Source: Anolis carolinensis (taxonomy: Eukaryota). From it: a DNA stretch of 64,000 nt. The translations under genes and the position numbers were made by a program. The DNA lies in NCBI RefSeq assembly GCF_035594765.1, contig NC_085846.1, positions 15,053,190 through 15,117,189 on the forward strand, written 5' to 3'. Below the pieces are notes generated by a model that saw nothing but the letters and a program-made list of their open reading frames with translations, did no database searches and was not told the DNA's origin. Within the stretch, counting starts at the first letter, position 1. Each line of letters begins with the position of its first letter. Shown here in pieces: positions 20,901 through 33,300 of the stretch.

Positions 20901-21287
20901 CAAAGCAATATGTATGTATGCACTATTTGTGAATCATTAAGCATTATCTTAGAAGTTTCTCAAGTCGCTCCTGACACAAAAAAAATCTTAGAAGAGGCAT
21001 TCCCTCCTATGAAAGGTGGGTAATAAAATAATAATAGTAATTATTTTATTATGACACAGCAAACAAGATAGATATGTTGGATTTCGTATCACAAAATCAC
21101 AAGTCGAACACTTCCCAAGTGTCTAGGAATGTGTGATGTATTTTCGGATGATGCATGCAGATCCCAGTAGGGTGGCCTTTTGCAGTTGGCAGATCATAAT
21201 TTTGTCAATGTCTATTGTTTCCAAATGCTGGCTGAGATCTTTTGGCACGGCACCCAGTGTGTCCATCACCACTGGGACCACCTGCAG

Positions 21288-21351
<64 letters not shown>

Positions 21352-24300
21352 GGTATTATTATTAAAAACAGGCAATGGGAATGCCACTTCTGTTGGTACT
21401 TGCTACTGACAGCTTTCATTGCTAGCTGAGTGAAAATACTTGTGTTTTTGATTCATGGGAGGCACTTTCTGATGCTCTTATGATACAAAGCTTTTCATTG
21501 AGTCTTAATATTGCAACCCAGGGACACAGAAGACACTGTGGCAGACCAGTATCACCTTTTTCAGGTAGAAGACAGCGATATATTTGATAGTGTTGAGCAC
21601 AGGCAGAAGGGGGCAGAAAAGAGCCCCAGTCCAGCACAAGGTCTGCCCATAGACCAGGTCCAACACATTGGAGGGCACCATGAACTCCTGCTGCCCCCAA
21701 AGTTTCAGCAATGGGCAGGAGGGCAAGAAAGTCACCAGCATCCTAAAAGACAAAGCAGACCTTTATTAGCAGATCATAAGCATTTGGAATGTAATAACAT
21801 ACTAGTAGCGGGTGCTCAGGATCATGGCTTGAAGATGAGGCAGATTTTATGACCTTGAAATTCCTTTGGACTTTTTATTTCTGTATTATCATTTTTTAAG
21901 TTAAACTTGGAAATGAAAAAAAGGACACCAGAGGAAATCCGTAATGAAAGCCCCCTTTTCATCCCTTCTAAAGTAAAGGGCAATTAAATTGCTAGTTTTA
22001 GCAAAGCTGCTCTGGTGTCAGAAAGCAATTAAAAGCTGAAGAGGTAGGGAATTATTATTAGCTTTCTGTTGTGGAAACTTTCCATGGCTGGAATTACTGG
22101 GTTGCTGTGAGTTTTCCGGGCAGTATGGCCATGTTCCAGAAGCATTTTTTCCTGACGTTTCGCCCACATCTATGGCAGGCATCCTTACAGGTTGTGAAAT
22201 CTGTTGGAAACTAAGCAAGTGGAGTTTATATATCTGTGGAAGGTCCAGTGTGGGAGAATTTACTATCTTGATTATCACTGATTGGCCTTGTACCTTCAAA
22301 GCCTAACTGCTTCCTGCCTGGGGGAATCCTTTGTTTGGGAGGTGAGGAAACATTGGGACATTCGTCCAGGCACTTTACCGAATAACCTTGTTATTACGCA
22401 CTTTGCTTTGACACCCCCATCCCATTTTATTCCTTTGTTTCTTTGGTGACAAAGCTGTAATTGTTTTTAAACTTTTTATCTTGTTTTATGTATTTGTATA
22501 GTTGTGCTTGAATTTGTTTTTGATTTTATACTGTTTTGTTATTTTATTGTTTTGTTTATATATTAACTCGTTTACACTTTGTCTTCTTCTGGGCTTGGCC
22601 CCATGTTAGATGGTGGCGGGATACAAAAATAAAGTTATTATTATTATTATTATTGTTGTTGTTATTACTATTATTATTATAGCTGACCCTAATTGTTTCT
22701 TGTCTGGAATTCCCATTTTTGAGTGTTGTTCTTTATTTGCTGTCCTGATTTTAGAGTTTTTTAAAAATACTGGTAGCCAGATTTTGTTCATTTTCATGGT
22801 TTTCTCCTTTTTGTTGAAATTGTCCACATGCTTGTGGATTTCAGTGGCTTCTCTACGTAGTCTGACATGGTGGTTGTGAGAATGGTCCGGCATTTCTGTG
22901 TTTTCAAATAATATGCTGTGTCCAGGTTGGTTGATCAAGTGCTCTGCTATGGCTGACTTCTCTGGTTGAGTTAGTCTGCAGTACCTTTCATGTTTCTTGA
23001 TTTGTGTTATCAACTTTATTTCTATCACCGTAGGGCAGTGGTTCTCAACCTTCCTAATGCCGTGACCTCTTAATACAGTTCCTCATGTGGTGGTGACCCC
23101 CAACCATAACATTATTTTCATTGCTACTTCATAACTGTAATTTTGCTACTGTTCTGAATTGTAATGTAAATATCTGATATTCAGGATGTATTTTCATTGT
23201 TACAAATTGAACATAATTAAAGCATTGTGATTAATCACAAAAACAATATGTTTGGGGGAGGAATTGTGGGAGTTGAAGTCCAAAACACCTGAAAGGCTGA
23301 AGTTTGCCCATGCCTGCCCCATTCTGGCAAAAGTGTTCTACCAAGTTGAGTTATTACTACTAACGAAGTTGAAATCTTATAAAAAACTTCTATAACACAG
23401 AAGAAGAAGAAAAACTTACTTTCTTGGGAATTCTACAAACATCACAACAAGCAGCATAATAAGCAAGTCGAAGATCATCAGCTTGTACATTTCCTGCCCC
23501 ACAGCGGTCTCCCAGCACTGGAGAGGCAAATATAATCTTGAAATAAGCTTCATATTAAACGTTGCACTTCTGTACCACCTCCAAAGCCCCACAAGTTCCC
23601 TTTCAAGTAAATTGAGTCCACGTTTGCCAAATGCCCTATGGCAAACCTCTCTCATCGTATTCTCCAACTCACCTTTCTTGCTATTATTATTGTTATGTGC
23701 CTTCAAGTCAGTTCTGACTTTTGGCAACCTTATCATAAGTTTTTCTTGGTAAAATGTATTCAGTTGACTGAGAGCTGGGAGAGTGCGAGGTCATGCAAAA
23801 TCAGCCTCAAATTAACAATGCTGTTGAAGGATAAGTCATTGGACACATTCTCAGAAAAATGCAAACCATTTCATCAGTATATACTGAAGAGAAAGACTTT
23901 ATGTACAGGTCTGGAGACATGAGATGTTGGAATATTTACTTATACATGTTAAAAACCAACAGAAGTAAACAATTTGCTGGAGATAAAGTGGAAGAAAAAA
24001 TGTTAAATGTATAGAGAAACTGACAAAACAGAAGCTGGAAACCTACTTTTAAACTAATGTATGTATATGTTGGCAGTTTTAGAGTTATAGGCAGAGATGT
24101 ATAAGCAATTGTTAAGCAATTGTTGTCTAAGCATGGCTATGTTTATGTACTAATAAATATTGTTGCTGTTCTTTTTGTGTGTGTTTTATTAAAAACACAC
24201 ACAAATTGAAAATATTGAGGAAGAAGCCAAGGTCAGCCTATGTGTTTGCATGGCTAAACAGGGATTCAAACCTCAGTAAACCAGATATGTATTCACACTG

Positions 24301-27300
24301 CTTCTCAACCTCATCCTGTTAGGGAGTTTTGCTTCCCAAGAGGCCTCTTTTCATAGATACAGTAGAGTCTCACTTATCCAACACTCACTTATCTAACGTT
24401 CTGGATTATCCAACACATTTCTGTAGTCAATGTTATCAATATATCATGATATTTTGGTGCAAAATTCGTAAATACAGTAATTACTACATACCATTACTGC
24501 GTATTGAACTACTTTTTCTGTCAAATTTGTTGTATAACATAATGTTTTGGTGCTTAATTTGTAAAATCATAACCTAATTTGATGTTTAATAAGCCTTTCC
24601 TTAATCTCTCCTTATTATCCAACATATTCACTTATCCAACATTCTGCCGGCCTGTTTACGTTGGATAAGTGAGACTCTACTGTAAATGTAATTTATGTTA
24701 AGAGAAACAAGGCCTAATTCAAGGCTTGTTGAATTCAACCTCATTTTGCAACAAGAGAATCCAGGTGACTTGATTCCAAATGTCTTGATGACGTGCTTGG
24801 AACTTACTAGGTATAACGTGTTATTGTAGCCACAGTTACGACAATCTGCATTTTCCAGGTCCCCATTGCAGGTAATCTGGCCCCAGAGTGATACCAGGAC
24901 AACCACCAGGCTTGCGATACGAAGGAAGACATTCCTGGCAACATAAAAAAGCAAACACGACAACTGATTTTATATATTGTGCTGCTCTTGGTGATCTATA
25001 GGCTTAAACTGCACTAAATTACTAGAGAGACCCAAATTGCTTTCAAGTGCTCCCTTAAGAGGTGTTTTTTTTTTTATCTCAAAATGTGTTTGGAATTTTT
25101 TAAAAAAAATGTTTAGTAATAGCAGATGTTTGAACTCTAAATCTGAGCTGTTTTGAAGTCTTTGCTACTGAAAGGGACTGGAATCAACGTGAAAGTCTGA
25201 CCTCGCACAGTGTAATAGGTCCAGAGAGCCATTTATATCTCAGGATTTTGTCAATTTGATGTTGACTTCTGGTTTTGAAGAGCAGTCTGTTTCTAATGCT
25301 AAATAATGCCAAGCTGGCAGGGAGCTGCAAACTACAGGACAGCCCCTGTATCCACAATAATAACAGATAAGAGCAAACCCTGTTGAAATAAAGGATTTCT
25401 GGAACAACATAGAATTGCAGAATCTAGAAAATGCCTGGAAAGAACATAATTTGTCAGATGTGGATAAATGAAACCATGGATATGGGAGTTGTGTATTTAA
25501 AAGATGAATTCCTCCTACTAGAAACTTGGAGAGGGAGGCAGTTCACAAACCCTGTCTGTCTATCTGTTGATCTAAGGAGCCATGGTGGCGCAATGGGTTA
25601 AACCCTTGTGCCGGCTGAACTGCTGACCTGAAGGTTGGGTTGCTGATCTGAAGGCTGGCGGTTTGAATCTGCAAGATGGGGTGAGCTCCTGTCTGTCAGC
25701 TGTAGCTTGCGGGGACATGAGAGAAGCCTCCCAGCAGGATAGTAACACATCCGGGTGTCCCCTGGGCAACGTCTCTGTAGACAGCCAATTCTCACACACC
25801 AGAAGCGACTTGCAGTACATTCTCAAGTCACTTCTGACACACACACACACACATATATATCTATATATATCTGTTGATCTATCTATCGATCTATCTGTCG
25901 ATATTGTCTATCTATCTATCTATCTCTGTCTGTCTGCCTGTCTGTCTGTCTGTCTGTCTAATTTTGAGGACAGTCAGGGAAATTCAGCCAAACCCTGGCC
26001 TGCAAAAACTGTGGCTGTATTCAGCACAGCCCTGTCCTAGCATTATTTGACTGCCCATCTCATATCTCAATCCCTTAATCTACCCAAGACCACCAATACT
26101 TTCCAACATCACTAACCAGGCATGCTGTCTAAGCTGCTAAAAAATCCCCTCAACAATATCTCAAGGACTTCAGGATGTAAGAAATACTTCTTACTGCTCA
26201 CTAAACTGATCTCATAGAAAACATTGATATAAAATAGCTCCTAGGGCCTTTTCTGCACTATATTGTTATAGTACTACATACCACTTTAATTGCTGCATCC
26301 TATGAACTCCTGGGTTTTGTAGTGTGTTGGTGCCCCGGAGCACTCTGGCTGAGAATTCAAACTCCCTTCCTTAAACTACAAATCCCGAGATCCGACAAGA
26401 TAGAACCGCGGTAGTTAAAATGAAATACAATGTGTCTAATTGTGCAGTGTGAAAAGGTTCCTAGTCTACGATTTACTCAGCATGACAATTAATTAAGCTT
26501 GAAGGATCTTATCATTTAGAACAGCTGAGTGTAATTTAGGAGCTACGAAAATCAAGACAGGCTCCCTGCTGCGTACGACAAGGATGAAAATACCATGAGT
26601 GTACTGTATAGAAAATGCTCCACTCTCTAACTTGCACAGCAGAATAGTTAATCCACCCTTTGCTACGAGTAAGTTAGAGACATTATACTAGCTGCCTCTG
26701 AGCACCCAGGAGGAGGAGGTCTTATACCTGAGGAGTGTTATTTTGATTTCAAAGCTGAGAGGGTATTTCTCTAGTCGAACAATGCTCTCGGAGATGATCG
26801 GGACAATGAGGTTTGCGAGAGTGATGACAACCGAAGGGAGATAAGCCACCAGAAGTTTCAGGAAGAACTGACCTTTGACTGGGGAGTCTTCCTGCAAAAC
26901 AAGAAGAAAAGATCAATCTGGACAAATCCTTTACAATAAAGTAGTGAAATAACATTGGCTATTTTCCTTTCTCCAGAGACAAAAGTGGATGTGGAGAGGG
27001 TGGTGGAGAGAGCCTTACATTTCTGCTGTTACAGACAGAACTTCAATAGGTTGATTATGGAGTGATGGATGGAGCTGTGCTGAGGGAATTCCTGCCTGAT
27101 TCAAGACCAAAGGCCATCGTCACGAGGCTCTTAAACCAATTTTCCAACACAGCAATTGCTAGTCCAAAGATAATATAAAGCAGAGCTTTCCAAATATGTA
27201 GGTGTGTCACACGAATCACAAGCCCCTGTGAAATAAGCAGTAACTCATATATTTTTGAAAATATAAATGGAAGGTTTTCATGAAATATGTTGTATCTCCA

Positions 27301-30300
27301 TACAATTCATTATTAGAATTGATGTATATGTCTGTATCTCTTATAAGGGGTTGATTCAAACACCGGTTTGCTAGTACAGTAGAGTCTCACTAATCCAAGC
27401 CTCGCTTATCCAAGCCTCTGGATAATCCAACATGATAACATGATGTTTTGGTGCTTAATTTGTAAAATCATAACCTAATTTGATGTTTAATAGGCTTTTC
27501 CTTGATCAGTCCTTATAATCCAAGATATTCGCTTATCCAAGCTTCTGCCAGCCCGTTTAGCTTGGATTAGTGAGACTCTACTGTAATTATGAATTATTGT
27601 GTCGCAAAATGATGCATGTCTGAAAAGTGTCTCACCAATAAAAAATGTGTGGAAAGCTTTGATGTAAAGACTGATTTTGCCTCAATTTAGGTGTCTCTAC
27701 TACACTGAGCAAAAGCTGAACTGTTACTGTTATTTGGAATAGGTATGAAAAACCAAAAGGTGAGAAGCAAGTAATAGTGCCACTCATGTTTAGCTTGGAG
27801 AGAGAAGTTTGAGAGGCAATACAATAGCAATCTTCATCATACCTAAGAGGATATCATATAAACAAAGGTGTCGAACTCATTTTCATCGAGGCTCCAAATC
27901 AGCCTTATTGTTGCCTTCAGAGGGCCGTTGAACCCATGGATAGAGAATCCATGGATACAGAGGGCCAACTAATCTTTTTTACATACAGGTCAGTGCTCTT
28001 TAGTTTTAACCTATCCAGAAGCCTTGCATCTATTTATTTATTTATAGTATTTATTTATTTACAGTATTTATATTCTGCCCTTCTCACCCTGAACAGGACT
28101 CAGGGTGGATCACAGAACAGATATATGGCAAACATTCAATGCTGATATTAACAAATGACAAGACAGACAACAGTTAGAGTTATTTATATAGGGTTTCCCA
28201 TCTTTCGGCATCTTTGGAGGCTGTGCTCAGTTCCGGCCATCCGGGAGTGCTGTTGCTCCATCTCCCTGCCAAAGAGCTTTCTTTGTTTGTAAACTTCCTC
28301 CTTTTTTCTAATCAAATGCCGAGCCTAAATACCTCCTCGCTTTAATGTGGTTCCTATTTATCTACTCACATTTGTTTTCGAATGGCTAAGTAGGCAGAAC
28401 CTAAAGGTCAGGAGCTCACCCTGACACGGGCTTCAAACTCTCAACCTTCCAGTTGGCCAGATTTATTGTAGCTTGCTGATAAACATGTTGTGCTAAAGGC
28501 TCAAACCCTATTCTCCTGACTAAACAGAACAAACTGAAGCCTTCCTGACATTACTGCATCCCAACTTCCATCAGCTGTAGTCATGATATCTAATGATGAG
28601 GAATACAGAAGTTGTAGTCCAGCATCTGGAGGGCAAGGTGGGCCAGGTTTGGACCACGGGTCTTGAATTTGATACATATGATATAAAAGATGGAGCAAGA
28701 TTTCTGCTGCTCCAGGTTAGAACATGAACCAATTGAACTACATTGCAAGAAAATGATTGACACCTAAATATTTAGGAGAGTGGCTTGCTGTTACAATTAT
28801 TCAACAGTACTAGACTGCCTTGGAAGGCAATAAGCTCTCTTTCTTTGGAAGACTTTGGATCTTTGATGAGTGCTTCAGTTCTATATTCCTACACGGCATG
28901 GGGTTGGACTAGATATCCCTTTTGGCCCCTTCAATGCTTCTATGGGGTGGGATCTAGTATTTATTGTTTGTTTATTTATTTATTGGAGCTCCCGGTGGTG
29001 CAGCAGGTCAAACTGCTGAGCTGCTGAACTTGCTTACCAAAAGGTTAGTGGTTTGAATCGGAGTGAGCTCCCAATGTTAGCCCCAGCTTCTGCCAACCTA
29101 GCAGTTCGAAAATATGCAAGTGTGAGTAGATCAAAAGGTACTGCTCTGGCGGGAAGGTAACGGCGCTCCAGGGAGTCATGACTTGAAGGTGTCTGTGGAC
29201 AACGCTGGCTCTTTGGCTTAGAAATAGAGATGAGCACCAACCCACAGAGTTGGACACAACTAGACTTAATAGGGAAAAACCTTTACCTTTACTTACTTTT
29301 ATTTATTTACAGTATTTATATTCTGCCTTTCTCACCCCAAAGGGGACTCAGGCAGATCACAGAACAGATATACAGCAAACATTAAATGCCGATTATACAA
29401 TGACAAGACAGACAACAGATAGAGGTTTTCCCCCATCTTTTCAGCGTCTTTGGAGGCTATACTTGGTTCCGGCCACAGGGGGGTGCTGTTGCTACATCTC
29501 CTTCCCGAAGAGCTTTCTTTGTTTGTAAACTTTTTCCTCCTTTTTCTGATTGAAACGCCATGCCTAAAATACCTCCCTGCTTTAATGTGGTTCCTATTTA
29601 TCTACTCTCATTGCTGTTTTCGATCTGCTAGGTAGGCGGGAAGCTAGGCTGAAGGTCAGGAGCCCACTCTGACCTGGCTTCGAACCGTCAACCTTTTGGT
29701 TGGCAAGATTTACTGCAGCTGCAGCTGGTGATTAACCTGTTGTGCTAAAGCCAGCCCCTAAAAGTTGGTAGGAGGAAGGTGGCATGAATAAACTGAGCGT
29801 TGTTCACTTACCTTTCCCTGCAGCCACTGAGAATAGTCTGTTGCCCGGTAGATACAATAAAAGGATGCTCCCAATAGCCCCAACACAATGACGTTGACCA
29901 GACCTCTGAGAGCATAAAGACAGACTCGCTGAGATGTGGTTTGTTCTGCCTGGTGCTTGCGGAGCGCGGCCTCCTCTAAATCCATCTGGAGCCAAGGAGG
30001 AAAAGGAAACAAGAGGCTCTTTAGCAGCCCAGAACAAAGGAGAAAAACCAAGTCCCTAAGCCATTGCCTTCTTTCCAAATCATTTATTATTTTCCAACAG
30101 TGGATGCTATTAAAAGCAGGGAGAAAGTGATTAACCCCTTTTCCAAATCTTCATTTATGCTTTTCAAGCAGTGGATGTTATAAAAAGCAGGGGGAAAGGG
30201 GAAAAACCGCCTCCATTATGCGAGATTATCCAGGGAGAGTAAATCCTGTCAAGAGCTATTACGAATTAGCAACTCTCCAGCTATTTCCTCCCTTCTGCTT

Positions 30301-33300
30301 GGCAGAGAGGGGGAAAAACTGGCAGTGGGATCCAATATATTGGAGAGAAAGATATACCTCTCACATTTCTGCTTGCCACGCAGCTGCTAAATGCAGAGTC
30401 AGGGTAGGGGTATAATAAAGGGGAAGAAATATGGAAACTCTACTTATTCTTGCTTCCCGTTTTTATAAGTGCTCCAGTCGCTTTTAACAATAGCACAGCA
30501 GGTAAAAGATCAATAGAGATAGCTTTCTCCAGTGGGCAGAAAGGAGTAAGGCAAGGATAGAATTGTTGAATGCATTTTTGCAGCTGCTAAAAGACCTACA
30601 TATTCTCAGTGGGAACTACATCCTTTCTAAAATGTCATAGATGAAAAGCCAGATACACACGGCCAAATAACATCAGGGTATGGTAAAGATGGGAAGAGTT
30701 GCTCGAGAGAGGGGTGTAAGGGCCATGCAATTGCCAGTCTCCAATATATAGTTTCTTCAATGGGACAGGACAAGAAACTTTTTGGTCCTTCTTGAGATAC
30801 CCATAAAATCAAGAGTGAGCACTATTTTTCTCTCTCAAGGGACACATGCAATTGGGGATAATGTTGTGTTGTCGAAAGCTTTCATGGCTGGAATCACTGG
30901 GTTACTGTGAGTTTTCTGGGCTGTATGGTCATGTTCCAGAAGCATTCTCTCCTGGCGTTTCGCTCACATCTATGGCAGCCATCCTCAGAGATTGTGAGGT
31001 CTGTTGGAAATTATGCATGTGGGGTTTATATAACTCTTGTGTGTTTAAGGCAAATGTGAATTTTGCAATTAGCCACCTTGATTAGCATTTAATGGCCTTG
31101 CAGCTTCAAAGCCTGGCTGATTCCTGCCTGGGGGAATCCTTAGTTGGAGGTGTTAGCTGACCCTGATTGTTTCCTGTCTGGAATTCCCCTGCATTCAGAG
31201 TGTTTTTCTTTATTTGCTATCCTAATTTTAGAGGTTTTTTTTAATACTGGTAGTTCATTTTCATGGTTTCCTCCTTTCTGTTGAAATTGTCTACAGGCAG
31301 GACCTCAATAACCTCTGAGGATGCTTGGCACAGATGTGGGTGAATGTCAGGAGATAATGCTTCTGGAACTTGACTATACATCTCGGAAAAATCACAACAA
31401 CCAATTATTATTACAGTAGAGTCTCACTTATCCAACATTCGCTTATCCAACCTTCTGGATTATCCAACGCATTTTTGTAGTCAATATTTTCAATACATCG
31501 TGATATTTTGGTGCTAAATCCATAAATACAGTAATTACTATGTAGCATTACTGTATATTGAACTACTTTTTCCCTCCAAATTTTGGTGCTTAATTTGTAA
31601 AATCATAACCTAATTTGATGTTTAATAGGCTTCTTCTTAATCTCTCCTTATTATCCAACATACTCACTTATCCAACATTCTGCCGGCCCGTTTATGTTGG
31701 ATAAGTGAGACTGTACTGTATGTTTATTTATATGCCCTGCTTTGTCTCTCCACAGGAAGACTCTCTGATTCACCTGTTCCAGAATCCATGGCTTTAGTCA
31801 TTGCCTTATTATATTATTCCTGTAGTGCATATTTTTGTAGAAAACTCTGCATAGAGAAATCTAGTTAGTGGGCATTTTGAAACAAGGAAAGCAAGCAGGC
31901 AGACAGGATCTGTCTATTTATTCATTCCACTCTGTTTGCTTTACTATTTATTATGCCTACATTGTGACTCCCTTCCATGGAACTGATGCCAATTAATATA
32001 TGGGCTTGGGCCTGATCCAATCCAGCCCTTCTTAACTCCAGGAGGTTTGCTGTATTCTGTGCTTGGAGGGATTGGTGATCTCTCTTTTTTCCCACCTCAA
32101 AGAAATCCTAAACCTCACCAAGCACGAGAAATTGTTCCCCGTTTCCCTGATTTGCCTTACCTTCAGTTCATAGCGAATACTCCTGTGCCTTAACTTCACC
32201 ATCTTCTCTTGCATCAGGCCAAAGTCCCAGCCAGCAAAGACTTTGTCACTATACGATCCAAAGGAAGCATCTTCACTAACCAGGCTGCGTTTGAGACAGT
32301 AGACTGATCTGGAGATGGATGGAAGCAAACAATAAAGCAGGTATTTAAACAAAGGATTCCTGGAGATTATGCTTCTTTATATCAGGCATGGGAAAACTTT
32401 GTCCCTCCAGGTGTTTTGGACTTCAACTCCCACAATTCCTAACAGCCTACCGGCTGTTAGGAATTGTGGGAGTTGAAGTCCAAAACACCTGGAGGGACAA
32501 AGTTTGCCCATGCCTGCTATATATGATGTAAATCTGTTCTCACCTCCGGACAATCCATGCCAGGCAGAAGAGGAGGTAGAAGAAAACTGTGAGCAGATAT
32601 GCAAGTGGGACATTGTATGAGAAGCCCACAAAATCAACCGCTGAATTTTGGTAGTAGCCATAGAACAAGTAGGTGAGCTCCATGAACCCCTGTAAAGAGA
32701 CATACAGTCGCAAAGACTGGGGACTGGGGACAAATGTCGCTTCTAGCAGTCACCTGTTGAACGCAGTCTCTCACCTGGCCTGACAGAAGATTCATGATGT
32801 AGGAAAAGTAGCTGACCAAGCCTTTTGGGGACGGATCGTAGCGCAGACAAGATTCATTCACTGAAATAAATAACATTGGCAAAAAGCTGACTTTCATCCT
32901 TCTCTCCCCAATTCCTATAGAATCCACTAATCTTACATTCTACTGCTCTAGTTTGGTTCAGGTATTTGGGGACAGGTTGATTGCATAAACCCACACTTCA
33001 TGACATGGATCTATATCCCACAGACTTTGTACACAAGTGCCAAACTGGCTGTATGATGAAGAACACAGCGATTCTACAAATAAGTTCAGCTTTTGATTTC
33101 CAAAAAAGAAATGTTTCTAGACCTCATTGTTACAGATCTTTCTGTTACAGATACTTTCTTCGTGTTTTCATACTTTCTTGCTTCCAAATGCAGACAGCCA
33201 AATATATGATTCCACTTTATGCTTGGGTTGTTGTACACCTCTAAGGATGCATGCCACAGTTGTGGGCAAAACGTCAGGAGAGAATGCTTCTGGAACATGG

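Noticed and set aside
25575-25690. tRNA-like A and B boxes
   Set aside because: SINE head with TSD and tail; no cloverleaf, so not a tRNA gene.
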